A stretch of 64,000 nucleotides of DNA from a virus. The DNA is taken from positions 1 to 64,000 of IMG/VR virus record IMGVR_UViG_3300020581_000010; one strand, written 5' to 3'. This document shows positions 1-8,757 of this stretch, piece by piece (positions within the stretch are counted from its first letter, which is position 1; the number at the start of each line of letters is the position of its first letter). Position numbers and translations under genes: made by a program. The notes below the pieces were generated by a model, which saw only the letters and a program-made list of their open reading frames with translations, made no database searches and was not told where the DNA came from.

Positions 1-108
1 CATGCCGTTAGACGGTGGCTGGGGCAGTGAGGCACCGCTGCCGATGGAGACTCCCATCCCCATCGCTATGCCGAGACTACCGCGACGTTTTCGCCGACTT
101 ATCCGCAC
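1..108 (-). CDS. Partial (runs off window) probable head fibre/spike protein N-terminus
   Basis: GTG at 108 gives VRISRRKRRGSLGIAMGMGVSIGSG...; alternating hydrophobic-Gly stretch resembles the LGLGL N-terminus of head fibres; directly follows spike-base gene. Confidence 0.4.
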   Translation of the reverse strand, partial: MRISRRKRRGSLGIAMGMGVSIGSGASLPQPPSNGM

Positions 109-118
109 GCTCTCACCG

Positions 119-442
119 TTAGTAGTAGCCCACGATGCCCGTAGCCCCGGTCCCGGTGTTGTAGACCTTCGTGACGCACAGTGGGTGGATGATTCCGGCC
201 GCGAGGGCACCTGACGGGATGACGATGCCCGTACTTCCCCCGACGGTGTCCACTTTCAGGGCACCAGCTACGGCGAAGCTGATGCCGCGAGTCGTCGCCG
301 CGAGGTTCGCTCCGTCGTTGGGAGTTATGAGGAAGCAATTCGGTGCCGGCCCCGCTGGCTGGACGAACGGGTCCGCCGCTGTGCCGCTGCCGGCTTGGAG
401 GGAACTGTTGCCGCCGCTGGTGCCGATATTCGCCCCTGCCAT
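119..442 (-). CDS. Head spike base protein (RcGTA Rcc01079-like)
   Basis: ITPND..LAATTRGISF..AGALKV...IHPLCVTKVYNTGTGATGIVG matches the family pattern as recalled. Confidence 0.65.
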   Translation of the reverse strand: MAGANIGTSGGNSSLQAGSGTAADPFVQPAGPAPNCFLITPNDGANLAATTRGISFAVAGALKVDTVGGSTGIVIPSGALAAGIIHPLCVTKVYNTGTGATGIVGYY

Positions 443-452
443 GTCTCACCTC

Positions 453-1547
453 TCAGAGGATGGATGCGAAGTAAGCGTTCCACGCCGTGATCTGGGCAGG
501 AGAGAACGCATAGTTGAACAGTCCGAGTTGCCGTATCTTTGCCGCGAGGAACCCGGTCCCTCCGCTCGGTGCCCCCTGCCCGACGTAGACCGGGAGATTA
601 GCCGATGTCACTGTCAGCCCGGCCGGAGTTCCGCCGACTGACACCCCGTTGCGGTAGATAAGGTCGGTCCCAGAACCGTTGCGGGTGCATATCAGGTAGA
701 CCTGGCTAGAGATGTTCTCAGCCACCGAACTTGAGCAAATGCCAGAACCGGCAGTAGTCGTCGTCACTTGGTCAAGGCTGCCAGCGGTGTTGATAGTCAG
801 CGAAGCCCCGTTGTTTCCCGACTGCGTGTTGCCGAAGATGAGCGGACTGCTGCTGGCGAACCCGGTGAACTGCAAGAGAGCCGTGAACGTGTAGGCGTTC
901 CCGATAGGGTAGTTGTTCGACGACACCATGAAGTCGTCGGTGCCGTCAGACTGCAAGCATGGGTGCCCGTTGAGCCCGGCCGCGTGGTAGGTGAACTGAT
1001 CCGCCCCGACTGCTTGAGTGAACGGGTTGCCGAGCACGTCGGTCCACGTCGGCACTGCCGCCCCATCTGCCACGCCGACGCCCATGCTCGCGTCGAGGTA
1101 GAACAGCGGGTTGTAGGTGCTTGGGAAATACGGGGCCGGTGCGACCGTGATGCCGTTGTCAACCATGCAAGAGCCGTACAGGAAACGCAGGTTGACCGTG
1201 GCGTTCGACAGGATCAGGTCGTAGCTGTACTCCCCTGAAACCAGAGCCGAGAGCAGCGATTGAGCCGCGAGCAGCGTGATCGTGCCCGAAGCTCCCCCAA
1301 GCGTGATTGTCCCCTGCCCTGCCGATGGGGAAGATGAGAACGCGAACACCAGCGGAGAAGACTGCGATTGCCCATTGCGGATTTGCAGGAGTGCCGACGT
1401 GTAGCTGGTCAGGTCGAAAGGTGCCCCCAGGTTCAAGGCCGACGCTGGCAGGCTGTTCGCTGGAGGCGAGACGCAGTTGAGCACCAGCGAGAAATCGCCG
1501 TTGGCAACGATGATCGGGATGTCGAGGCGTCCTGCAAACATGCTCAC
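453..1547 (-). CDS. Fibre/adhesion protein: BppU-like N-domain plus LamG/ConA-like C-domain
   Basis: PFDLTSYTSALLQIR...GTITL...YSYDLIL N-domain; LDAS..ADGAAVPTWTD, LIYRNG, LGLFNYAFSPAQI C-domain. Confidence 0.65.
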   Translation of the reverse strand: MSMFAGRLDIPIIVANGDFSLVLNCVSPPANSLPASALNLGAPFDLTSYTSALLQIRNGQSQSSPLVFAFSSSPSAGQGTITLGGASGTITLLAAQSLLSALVSGEYSYDLILSNATVNLRFLYGSCMVDNGITVAPAPYFPSTYNPLFYLDASMGVGVADGAAVPTWTDVLGNPFTQAVGADQFTYHAAGLNGHPCLQSDGTDDFMVSSNNYPIGNAYTFTALLQFTGFASSSPLIFGNTQSGNNGASLTINTAGSLDQVTTTTAGSGICSSSVAENISSQVYLICTRNGSGTDLIYRNGVSVGGTPAGLTVTSANLPVYVGQGAPSGGTGFLAAKIRQLGLFNYAFSPAQITAWNAYFASIL

Positions 1548-1802
1548 ACCTTACCGCTATCGCGGCACGAATTCCAGCACGATCAACGGTATACCGTCAC
1601 CGTCACGGACGGATTGAGGACCACGACCAAGTAGACGGCCGTGGGCGTCGTGATGACGAGGTTGCCGAAAGGCCACTGCTTGACGGCCAGGTTAGGCTGG
1701 GGCATGTCGGTTATACCTCGAAATACGCTTGTTCACTTCCGCTGTTGAAAATCCTTGTGGTACAATTGGGGCGGCCAGCGTCAGCAAACAGGAGCCATTC
1801 TA

Positions 1803-2681
1803 ATGAAACGCCGTGCATTCACCCTCATCGAACTGCTCGTGGTCATTGCGATCATCGCCATCCTCGTCGGAATGCTGGTGCCGGCGGTCCAGTCCGTCCG
1901 CGTTGCTGCCGCCCGCACGCAGACGGTGAACAACCTCAAGACCTGTGCCCAGGCCAGCATCAACTTCCACATGCAGTACCGATTCCTGCCCTGCAACGGG
2001 TCGGTGGTGTCCAACAATTTCATCGTCTTCCAGAAAGTCGCCCCGAACAATTGGGCCTGTCAGTCCGACGTTGAGTCCGGTTCGTGGGCTTACCAGATAC
2101 TCCCATTTGCCGAGAATTCGCAGCTGTACGGCGTCCCCCACACCGGACCTTGGCTCCCGTCGTCAATGCCATACTTCCGGCTCCCGCAAGCGAGCGTGCA
2201 GTGGATGTCAACCAAGGTCTTCTGGCTCCTCGACCCTGTTCGCGGCCGGGCCGGTTCGTACACTTCCGGCCAGTTCCAAGGTAGCCAGACGGACTACGCC
2301 ATCAACGCTTGGCTCAACTCACCCACTGGAAATCTCGGCGACACTGACAGCCATCTATCACTCATGGGTATCAGGGACGGCACCAGCAACACTATCCTGA
2401 TCGGCATGGCGGGCATGTCAACCGACGACTACTATACCGGCGTTACCTCCGTCTGGAACCGAACTTGGTGGGTCGGCGGACTTGCAGGCACAGGTCGCAA
2501 TCTTCCAGTGAGCGAGATGGATGTCAAGGGTCCGAACTCCGCAGGCCAGTGGGGTTCCGGCTACTCGGGCACAATGCCGTGGTCCTTCTGCGATGCGTCC
2601 GTGCGGTCAATCGCTTACGGTGTCAACCTGCAATCGCTCCTCACCCCGAATGGTAACGATTCGATCCCGGCGATTGATTGA
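1803..2681 (+). CDS. DUF1559 family prepilin-type protein
   Basis: MKRRAFTLIELLVVIAIIAILVGMLVPAVQSVRVAAAR..NNLK, SWAYQILPF, IRDGTSNTIL; RBS AGGAG upstream of ATG 1803. Confidence 0.93.
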   Translation: MKRRAFTLIELLVVIAIIAILVGMLVPAVQSVRVAAARTQTVNNLKTCAQASINFHMQYRFLPCNGSVVSNNFIVFQKVAPNNWACQSDVESGSWAYQILPFAENSQLYGVPHTGPWLPSSMPYFRLPQASVQWMSTKVFWLLDPVRGRAGSYTSGQFQGSQTDYAINAWLNSPTGNLGDTDSHLSLMGIRDGTSNTILIGMAGMSTDDYYTGVTSVWNRTWWVGGLAGTGRNLPVSEMDVKGPNSAGQWGSGYSGTMPWSFCDASVRSIAYGVNLQSLLTPNGNDSIPAID

Positions 2682-3213
2682 GCCCTTTTCCCCAGAAGTA
2701 CAGGTCGTGATGGTCGCGGTCAATCTCGGCCGCGAATCGCTTGAACGCTCTACCTATCTCAATCGCCTGATTTATCGACAGCGGGCGATAGAAGTCCTGC
2801 CACCCCTCGCGTGCCGCCGTCCCAGGCGATGCGTCCGGGTCGTTCGCCACCGTGCCGTGTTCCGGCCTGCCATTCGCAGCACAAGTGAAGAGGAACAATC
2901 CGTCAGGCTTGAGCAGCTCGACGATCCTCTTGACGGACTGCTCAAGCCGCTTGTCGTGCTCGAATACCTCCGTGCAGATGATCGTGTCGTAGATTTCAAG
3001 CTGGCCCGGCAAGTACTCCTCAATCAGGCAGACTTGATCGACGTTTTCACCTTCCGCTAGGTCGATGCCGGTGTACTCGCAGTTTACGAATAGGCCGCGA
3101 TTCGTGCCGTTCACGTCCATCGACCCGCAGTCGAGTACTCGCTTGCCGACGAATGATCGTGGGAACACGGACTGAACTCGGCAGCAGAAATTCCGCTGTG
3201 CGTCATGAGCCAT
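2641..3213 (-). CDS. Class I SAM-dependent methyltransferase
   Basis: VLDCGSMDVNG, YTGIDL, YDTIICTEVFEH, LLKPDG. Confidence 0.85.
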   Translation of the reverse strand: MAHDAQRNFCCRVQSVFPRSFVGKRVLDCGSMDVNGTNRGLFVNCEYTGIDLAEGENVDQVCLIEEYLPGQLEIYDTIICTEVFEHDKRLEQSVKRIVELLKPDGLFLFTCAANGRPEHGTVANDPDASPGTAAREGWQDFYRPLSINQAIEIGRAFKRFAAEIDRDHHDLYFWGKGLNQSPGSNRYHSG

Positions 3214-3934
3214 AGCTGAACCCTTCAACCTCGAATGGGAAGGTAAATATCTGCGGGCCTTCCCAGAGGAACCCGTTGCGACAGCAGAACGATTCGACGT
3301 GGTGCCACCCCTCCGACCCGAGCCACGTCTCGACGTACATCCGGTCCCGCCACGAATGCCCGGCCCATCGCATGTCTGGTCCGTGCCGCCGACGGTATTC
3401 TTCCGGACTCTGGAGGGAAGCTATCCAGTCACAGCGTGCCATCCAGAAGTTCCCGCAGAAGTGGGGGAAGTCTGGCAATTCCTGCCACGACACCCCGCAC
3501 ATATCGGCCACGGCGAGCAATTCGAGGTTCTTCCGCCAATCGGCGATTACGTGCTTTGCCATCACCCGCCGCCACTGCCGCTTGATAGGACACCCCTGGG
3601 CAGATACTCCCTTGGTGTGGAAGTACAGGACCGCCCTGTCTTGATTTTCTTGAGCGAACTTGTGGAGCTTGCACAGCGTCGGGCCTTCGTACAGGCTCAG
3701 GTCATCGTTTACATAGCGGACGAAGATTGAGACATCGAATGTCCTCGCAAAAGCCGTGAGCCACGTCGCGTCGGCTATCGTGCCGAGCACGCAAGCGGTC
3801 GCTCCCCTCAGCCCGACGTGTGCCATGAGCCGTAACTGCTCCTCGACCACTTGCTGCCAGTTCCCCATGCAGGAGACGTGGTAGAAGACGGAGAGCTGAC
3901 TCGGCGGTTTCAGATCGGCACGCCGCAAGGCCAT
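3203..3934 (-). CDS. Conserved viral protein with LYFHTKG/GNFW motifs (putative glycan-modifying or GT-like enzyme)
   Basis: YEGPTL, VLYFHTKG, HFCGNFWMA; position within glycosylation cluster. Confidence 0.5.
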   Translation of the reverse strand: MALRRADLKPPSQLSVFYHVSCMGNWQQVVEEQLRLMAHVGLRGATACVLGTIADATWLTAFARTFDVSIFVRYVNDDLSLYEGPTLCKLHKFAQENQDRAVLYFHTKGVSAQGCPIKRQWRRVMAKHVIADWRKNLELLAVADMCGVSWQELPDFPHFCGNFWMARCDWIASLQSPEEYRRRHGPDMRWAGHSWRDRMYVETWLGSEGWHHVESFCCRNGFLWEGPQIFTFPFEVEGFSYGS

Positions 3935-3953
3935 CCGGCTCTCAAACGCTTCC

Positions 3954-4598
3954 CTATTGTGGTAGTCGCTCGTAGTACCCTCCGATCAAGTGCGGCGTGC
4001 CTGTGTTGATGGACTTCCCGGGCCAGTGTGGGTCGTAGTCTTCCTCACGCATGACGCGGAAGTCGAGGGACACGCGGGTCTGGCCGGACTCGTTGATCTT
4101 GTTGCCGTGCTTCAGGTCCACGCCGGAGAAGATCGCGTATTCGCCAGGAGTGAGCAGCAATGGGTAGGCTTTCGGAGACTGCCGCTGCGATTCGACCCAT
4201 ACGGTGTTCTGCTCGTTCGTAGGCGTCAGCGGCAGCCAGACGTTCAAGGCTCTCGGCTGGTGCCCGTAATCGCGGTCGCGGTGCCACTCGCCCACAGCGA
4301 CATTGCCGGGGAAGTGTATGCGGATGTTAGGCGTCTTCTGGTAGACTAGCCTGCCGCCGCCGTCGATGTTGTGGGCTATCCTGTCCTCAAGGAACGAATG
4401 GTACAGTGGCAAGAGGTCAGCGATGCGGCTGTAGAACAGCTTGTGGAATTCCGTGCTCTGGTCGGTCGCTCTGGTCAGCGGAGCGTCCAAGAGGACTCGC
4501 GTATCGTAGTGCAGTCTGTGGAGGCAGTCTACGCCGAGCACGTCTTCGATGATGTCCGAGAATGGGTGTTTCTCCGAGTCGTACTTGAATCTCCGCAT
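3954..4598 (-). CDS. StrG-like 2OG-Fe(II) oxygenase
   Basis: YQKTPNIRIHFP, WHRD (HxD), NVWLPLT, HGN..N....TRVSLDFR; start moved to ATG 4598 after GGAGG. Confidence 0.8.
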   Translation of the reverse strand: MRRFKYDSEKHPFSDIIEDVLGVDCLHRLHYDTRVLLDAPLTRATDQSTEFHKLFYSRIADLLPLYHSFLEDRIAHNIDGGGRLVYQKTPNIRIHFPGNVAVGEWHRDRDYGHQPRALNVWLPLTPTNEQNTVWVESQRQSPKAYPLLLTPGEYAIFSGVDLKHGNKINESGQTRVSLDFRVMREEDYDPHWPGKSINTGTPHLIGGYYERLPQ

Positions 4599-4600
4599 CC

Positions 4601-5905
4601 CTACCTCCTGATTGTCGCCAGACACTCCTCGACCGTCCCCTTCGCCACGATGACATCGGCGTCGGTCGCCTGCCTCAGCATATCGGCAGTCACGCCATGA
4701 TGCCACACCACCGCGATGCCGTTGGCTATCCTCTCGCACTCCATTTGTAGCGTCTTGACGATTGTTCCGAGCTGGCCGATGTCTCTGCCGTTCGCTTCCC
4801 ACTCGCGGAGCCCGTTGTCGAGGTCCGTCACCGGGTCTCTCCAGTACCCGGTGTGCCACCCGTAGGAGCGTAGCTGTGAGGCTGTCGCACGGCCGGTTTC
4901 TAAGAGGACGATGAACCTCTTCGGGGCAGGAATCATCGGCCGCTTTATGCTGGCCTGAATCTGCTCACGTGCCTCCTTGATCGTCGGTGCCATGATGAGG
5001 ACCACCGGACCAGCCCAGAATCGCTTGACAAGTTCCACGGTGACTTGTGGGTGCCAGATTCCAAGGTAGACGTTCTCCTGCGAGACGCACTCCCATTGCA
5101 GGTCGTGCAGCCATCGCACGAAGGCGTTCAGGTCCGGCTTGTCCTCCTTGAAGACTGTCAAGAGCCCGTTGTCGATATCGGACGTTGGGTTCCGGTCGTA
5201 CCCGGTGTGGATGCCGGATTCGCGGAGTGCGGCGACAACTTCCTTTGGGCAGTCGAGCACGAAGACGTGTTCCTCACCCTTCGGGCTCTTCCAGAACTTC
5301 GTGGGATTCACCCTGCCGTTGATGTCGCTCTGGGACTTTACTTGCCCGAACAGGAACGGGTCCGGGGCGTAGACGTTATAGCCAGGTTGCAGTGGACCCA
5401 TGATATGGTCGCAGTGGGTCTGGCTTGAGGGGGCACGCCAGATTGAGTACAGGTCTCGCATGAACCGCCCGCGTATGGCGTAGGCGTGCGTCCGCTGACA
5501 GTTCATGCACCTGACAACCCCGTCGCTCACCTTGCGTGGGCCCTGGATATGCTGACCTCCGAGCATGAGCTGCTCCCAATCCGACGGCACGGCAGCGAAG
5601 AATCGCTCGCAGTCTTCAAGGAAAGTTGACATCACCGTAGCATCGTCTTCGAGGACCAGCAGCGACTTCACGTCGTCTAGGATGGCGGATTGGAGGATGG
5701 TGACGTGGGACTGGAGGCACCCGTATACGGCGTCGGTCGATTGCCACCCACGAGGAGTCGGCACGATCTTCCCATCGACGGCAGGGAATATCTCGGGATC
5801 ACGGAATGGCCAGCCCTTGGCGAGCACGTCAGTGCGGAACGCGGCAAGGCGGTCAGGCCGACGCCGCAGGTTGATGAGGCAAACACGGTCGAATAGGTCT
5901 CTCAT
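4601..5905 (-). CDS. Glycosyltransferase family 25 with duplicated C-terminal domain
   Basis: INLRRRPDRL, GCLQSH, LVLEDDA, LMLGG, THAYAI. Confidence 0.85.
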   Translation of the reverse strand: MRDLFDRVCLINLRRRPDRLAAFRTDVLAKGWPFRDPEIFPAVDGKIVPTPRGWQSTDAVYGCLQSHVTILQSAILDDVKSLLVLEDDATVMSTFLEDCERFFAAVPSDWEQLMLGGQHIQGPRKVSDGVVRCMNCQRTHAYAIRGRFMRDLYSIWRAPSSQTHCDHIMGPLQPGYNVYAPDPFLFGQVKSQSDINGRVNPTKFWKSPKGEEHVFVLDCPKEVVAALRESGIHTGYDRNPTSDIDNGLLTVFKEDKPDLNAFVRWLHDLQWECVSQENVYLGIWHPQVTVELVKRFWAGPVVLIMAPTIKEAREQIQASIKRPMIPAPKRFIVLLETGRATASQLRSYGWHTGYWRDPVTDLDNGLREWEANGRDIGQLGTIVKTLQMECERIANGIAVVWHHGVTADMLRQATDADVIVAKGTVEECLATIRR

Positions 5906-6234
5906 TCTTTCCATTTGCCTAACGGACACTTCTGCTCTGCCCATCCGGCCTTGACATACATGCCGCACCCGCATTCCTTGCACGACAGGCGTTGCTGATC
6001 GAATCGGTCACACCCTTTGCAGATCGTGAGCCGCTGTTGCCTCATTTCTTCCGAGACTAGCTTCATGCCGCTGGTGACGTGTTGCCAAGTAGCTTTGCCA
6101 AGATTAATCGCCTTCTGGAATAGGCCGGGCTCTGGCCTATTTCCGATTGCATCCCAGTGCTTTCGGAAGCCCGGGTTATTGCGGTATCGGTCGCAGAAAA
6201 AGCAGTCAGGTTTATCGCAAAGACATGGTCTCAT
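5902..6234 (-). CDS. Small Cys-rich zinc-binding protein (DUF6171-like)
   Basis: RLTICKGC...CKECGC..KAGW...CPLGKW. Confidence 0.65.
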   Translation of the reverse strand: MRPCLCDKPDCFFCDRYRNNPGFRKHWDAIGNRPEPGLFQKAINLGKATWQHVTSGMKLVSEEMRQQRLTICKGCDRFDQQRLSCKECGCGMYVKAGWAEQKCPLGKWKE

Positions 6235-6986
6235 GATGTTATGATAGCGTCGTTGAATCCGACTGCACAAGGATCGCACACAGTAGTCCCGGCTCCTGGG
6301 CAAAATGTGCAAAGTGATATATCCGTCTGGCACGCTAGCGCACAACCCATGTCTCCATTGTTCGCGGCCGGTTCAATTGCATAGAAGGTTGCTGGATTTT
6401 GTGGAAGAGTCCAAGAAAACGGGACGCATGTAAACGAATCTCCGCTAGTCGTCTCTTGGTCACAAAATGTCGGGTTAACGCATTGCGTTTGACAAGAACC
6501 TTGGATTGCAAAGTCGCTATTTCCGATGCACTGCATGAATAAGGCTAGATACTCAGTACAATTGAAAGGCCCTGGTGGAGGTGTGTCGCTTGCATAGCAG
6601 GCGGAATACCATCCTGACTCAATGCCCCAAGGATTAGATGGATAGAATGGGTTTGTCAAGTGGTATATCAGAGGTATCGGATTCGGAAGCGTACTCCACG
6701 TCATTGCCCATCCTGCACATATAAAAGGCAAAGTTAATCCTGAATATGATAAGTATAGAGTCGGCGGGTTCTCGGCGAACGCTAAGCCGCACGCACCCGC
6801 CATGCAAGGATTATACGGACCTATCGACGATGCCGCACTTCCGGACGGATGTATGATGGAACCTGACCTGGCGATTGACCTAGAAGCACTTGATGAACTT
6901 GACGAAGAACTGCTCGATGACGACCCAGGACAGCAGCAAGAGCCGTCGTATGTCTTAGTTACCGTGTATATCTTTCCGGGCGTCAT
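6231..6986 (-). CDS. Cys-rich, poly-Ser putative tail-tip/receptor-binding protein
   Basis: CCCPG followed by a long Ser run; many Cys; lower GC; end of tail operon. Confidence 0.5.
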   Translation of the reverse strand: MTPGKIYTVTKTYDGSCCCPGSSSSSSSSSSSSASRSIARSGSIIHPSGSAASSIGPYNPCMAGACGLAFAENPPTLYLSYSGLTLPFICAGWAMTWSTLPNPIPLIYHLTNPFYPSNPWGIESGWYSACYASDTPPPGPFNCTEYLALFMQCIGNSDFAIQGSCQTQCVNPTFCDQETTSGDSFTCVPFSWTLPQNPATFYAIEPAANNGDMGCALACQTDISLCTFCPGAGTTVCDPCAVGFNDAIITS

Positions 6987-6987
6987 A

Positions 6988-7473
6988 TCAGCAGTGACCT
7001 TGGCTTATCGTCGTGCCCGGTGGGAAGCACACGCAGATGTATGTCTCAGTGACTACAATTTGCCCGTTGACGCAAGCTGCCGTGACGCCGACGAGCAGAG
7101 ACGTACATACGTTAGAACTTGAACCGGACGACGTTGGTGGTGAGCCGCAGCAAGCATCGAATTCGTAGGTCGGATTTCCGCCGACCATTGTCTTGAACCG
7201 CATCCACCGAAAAGATGGGAACGGCACTAGGTTGTTATTCGCCTCAGTCGCTCCACCGCTGCCGATTGCTCCGGGCGTCCCAATAGTGACTGCCGCTGAC
7301 CCTGATCTTGCCCCCGCTTGAGGCTGTGGTGTTCCGGTAGCGTCGTAGACCTGTTCGTTCCAGTCGTAGACGTAGATGCCGTTGACGAGCGTAGCGGCAG
7401 TGATTTCGGCGAGGAATATTGCCTCAAACCACCCCGGCCCCTTGTCGTCGTCGTAGCTGCCGAGTCCGCTCAT
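6988..7473 (-). CDS. Putative tail-tip protein
   Basis: FLAEIT...YDWNEQ...ATEANN; position after tail hub gene. Confidence 0.5.
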   Translation of the reverse strand: MSGLGSYDDDKGPGWFEAIFLAEITAATLVNGIYVYDWNEQVYDATGTPQPQAGARSGSAAVTIGTPGAIGSGGATEANNNLVPFPSFRWMRFKTMVGGNPTYEFDACCGSPPTSSGSSSNVCTSLLVGVTAACVNGQIVVTETYICVCFPPGTTISQGHC

Positions 7474-7476
7474 GTC

Positions 7477-8757
7477 TCACCCATTGGCCGCACAGTTGAT
7501 CGCTACCGGACTGTCCGGGTCCATGAACAGCAATTCTACGGGGAACGACAGGTAGTAGGGTGGGCCGAGGTTCAGGACGTTGCTCGCCCCGAGCGTGACC
7601 TGGATCGAGTTCGCTACCGGCGTGCCGCTGCTCTGCATGTAGTTCGTGGCGTAGTAGTAGTTCCGGTCCTGCCACGGTAACAGGTTGTGTCCCCCGATGA
7701 TCCAGTTGTAGTTCCACGATCCCCAGGGTGCCGAGCCTGGTGGGGGGAAGTTCGGCGTCGGCAGGTTCGTCCCGATCCTTCGCGTCTCAAGGAAGATGAG
7801 GTCGATGTCAACCAGCTTCTCGGCCGTGAATATGCCTGTCGGTCCCGCTGCGGTCGGCCACGGCATGAGGCTCTGCGTAGGCTGGGTGTACGTCGTCGGC
7901 TTGTAACCCATGTAGAGCAGTTCGCCTGGATTCCAGTCCCACCAAGCGTACTGGTTGACCCGCCCCCGGTAGAACTGGAGGAAGCTGTTCGCGGACTGGA
8001 TGTATCGGTAGGGGACGTGCTCCCACCGCATCGTGACCAAGCTGTTCGGCAAGAGGAAGAAAGGTTGTCCGGGGAACACCGCACCGTTAGGCGGTTTCTT
8101 GACGTGCGTTGCGTCTAGTTGAGCGGCGAAATTTATCTGCCCCTGCTTGAAGTTGACGACATCCTCTTTCGGCAACCGCTCGTAGTTGCAGTACCTCCAC
8201 CACTCCGTAGGGGCGGTGTAGACGACCGACCCACCGCTCGGGGTGTAGTAGGTGTTCTCGATGGTGCTGATCGAACTGTCTTGAAACAGTGGATACTTGA
8301 GGTTCTGGAAGTCGAGTGTGATCTTCACGACCGGGTACAGCCAGAACTCAGGGACGCACGGAACTTCGAGGTCGCCTACAGTCGCCGTGAGTTCGGCACC
8401 GTCAGCAGCACCTGGCAGCGGCGGGTCAACCGCGTTCGGGTCCGACTTGGAACGGTTCATGATGAACTGGATGTCGTTGATCCCCACGCAATAGAGCCAC
8501 TGCATGATCGGGTGGGCCAGCGGCATGACGCGGTTCATGACGCCGGTCGCTGAGGGGAGCGGATTAGTAGACCCCATCACATCGTCCGGCAGGCTCGCCA
8601 TCTGTGCGGCGGTCAGTGCGGCGTAGACGGCAGGGGGGCCAGAGGATGTCTGGTAGACGGCGTAGTAGGGAACCGTGGCCCGCTGCTGCTGCCAGTTGAC
8701 GGTTATCTTGTTCGGCGAGACGGTGTCGCGGACTTCGATGTAGGTGAGGACGGTCAT
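7477..8757 (-). CDS. Putative distal tail/hub protein
   Basis: Immediately downstream of tape measure; GRVN..W.....GELLY motif. Confidence 0.55.
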   Translation of the reverse strand: MTVLTYIEVRDTVSPNKITVNWQQQRATVPYYAVYQTSSGPPAVYAALTAAQMASLPDDVMGSTNPLPSATGVMNRVMPLAHPIMQWLYCVGINDIQFIMNRSKSDPNAVDPPLPGAADGAELTATVGDLEVPCVPEFWLYPVVKITLDFQNLKYPLFQDSSISTIENTYYTPSGGSVVYTAPTEWWRYCNYERLPKEDVVNFKQGQINFAAQLDATHVKKPPNGAVFPGQPFFLLPNSLVTMRWEHVPYRYIQSANSFLQFYRGRVNQYAWWDWNPGELLYMGYKPTTYTQPTQSLMPWPTAAGPTGIFTAEKLVDIDLIFLETRRIGTNLPTPNFPPPGSAPWGSWNYNWIIGGHNLLPWQDRNYYYATNYMQSSGTPVANSIQVTLGASNVLNLGPPYYLSFPVELLFMDPDSPVAINCAANG

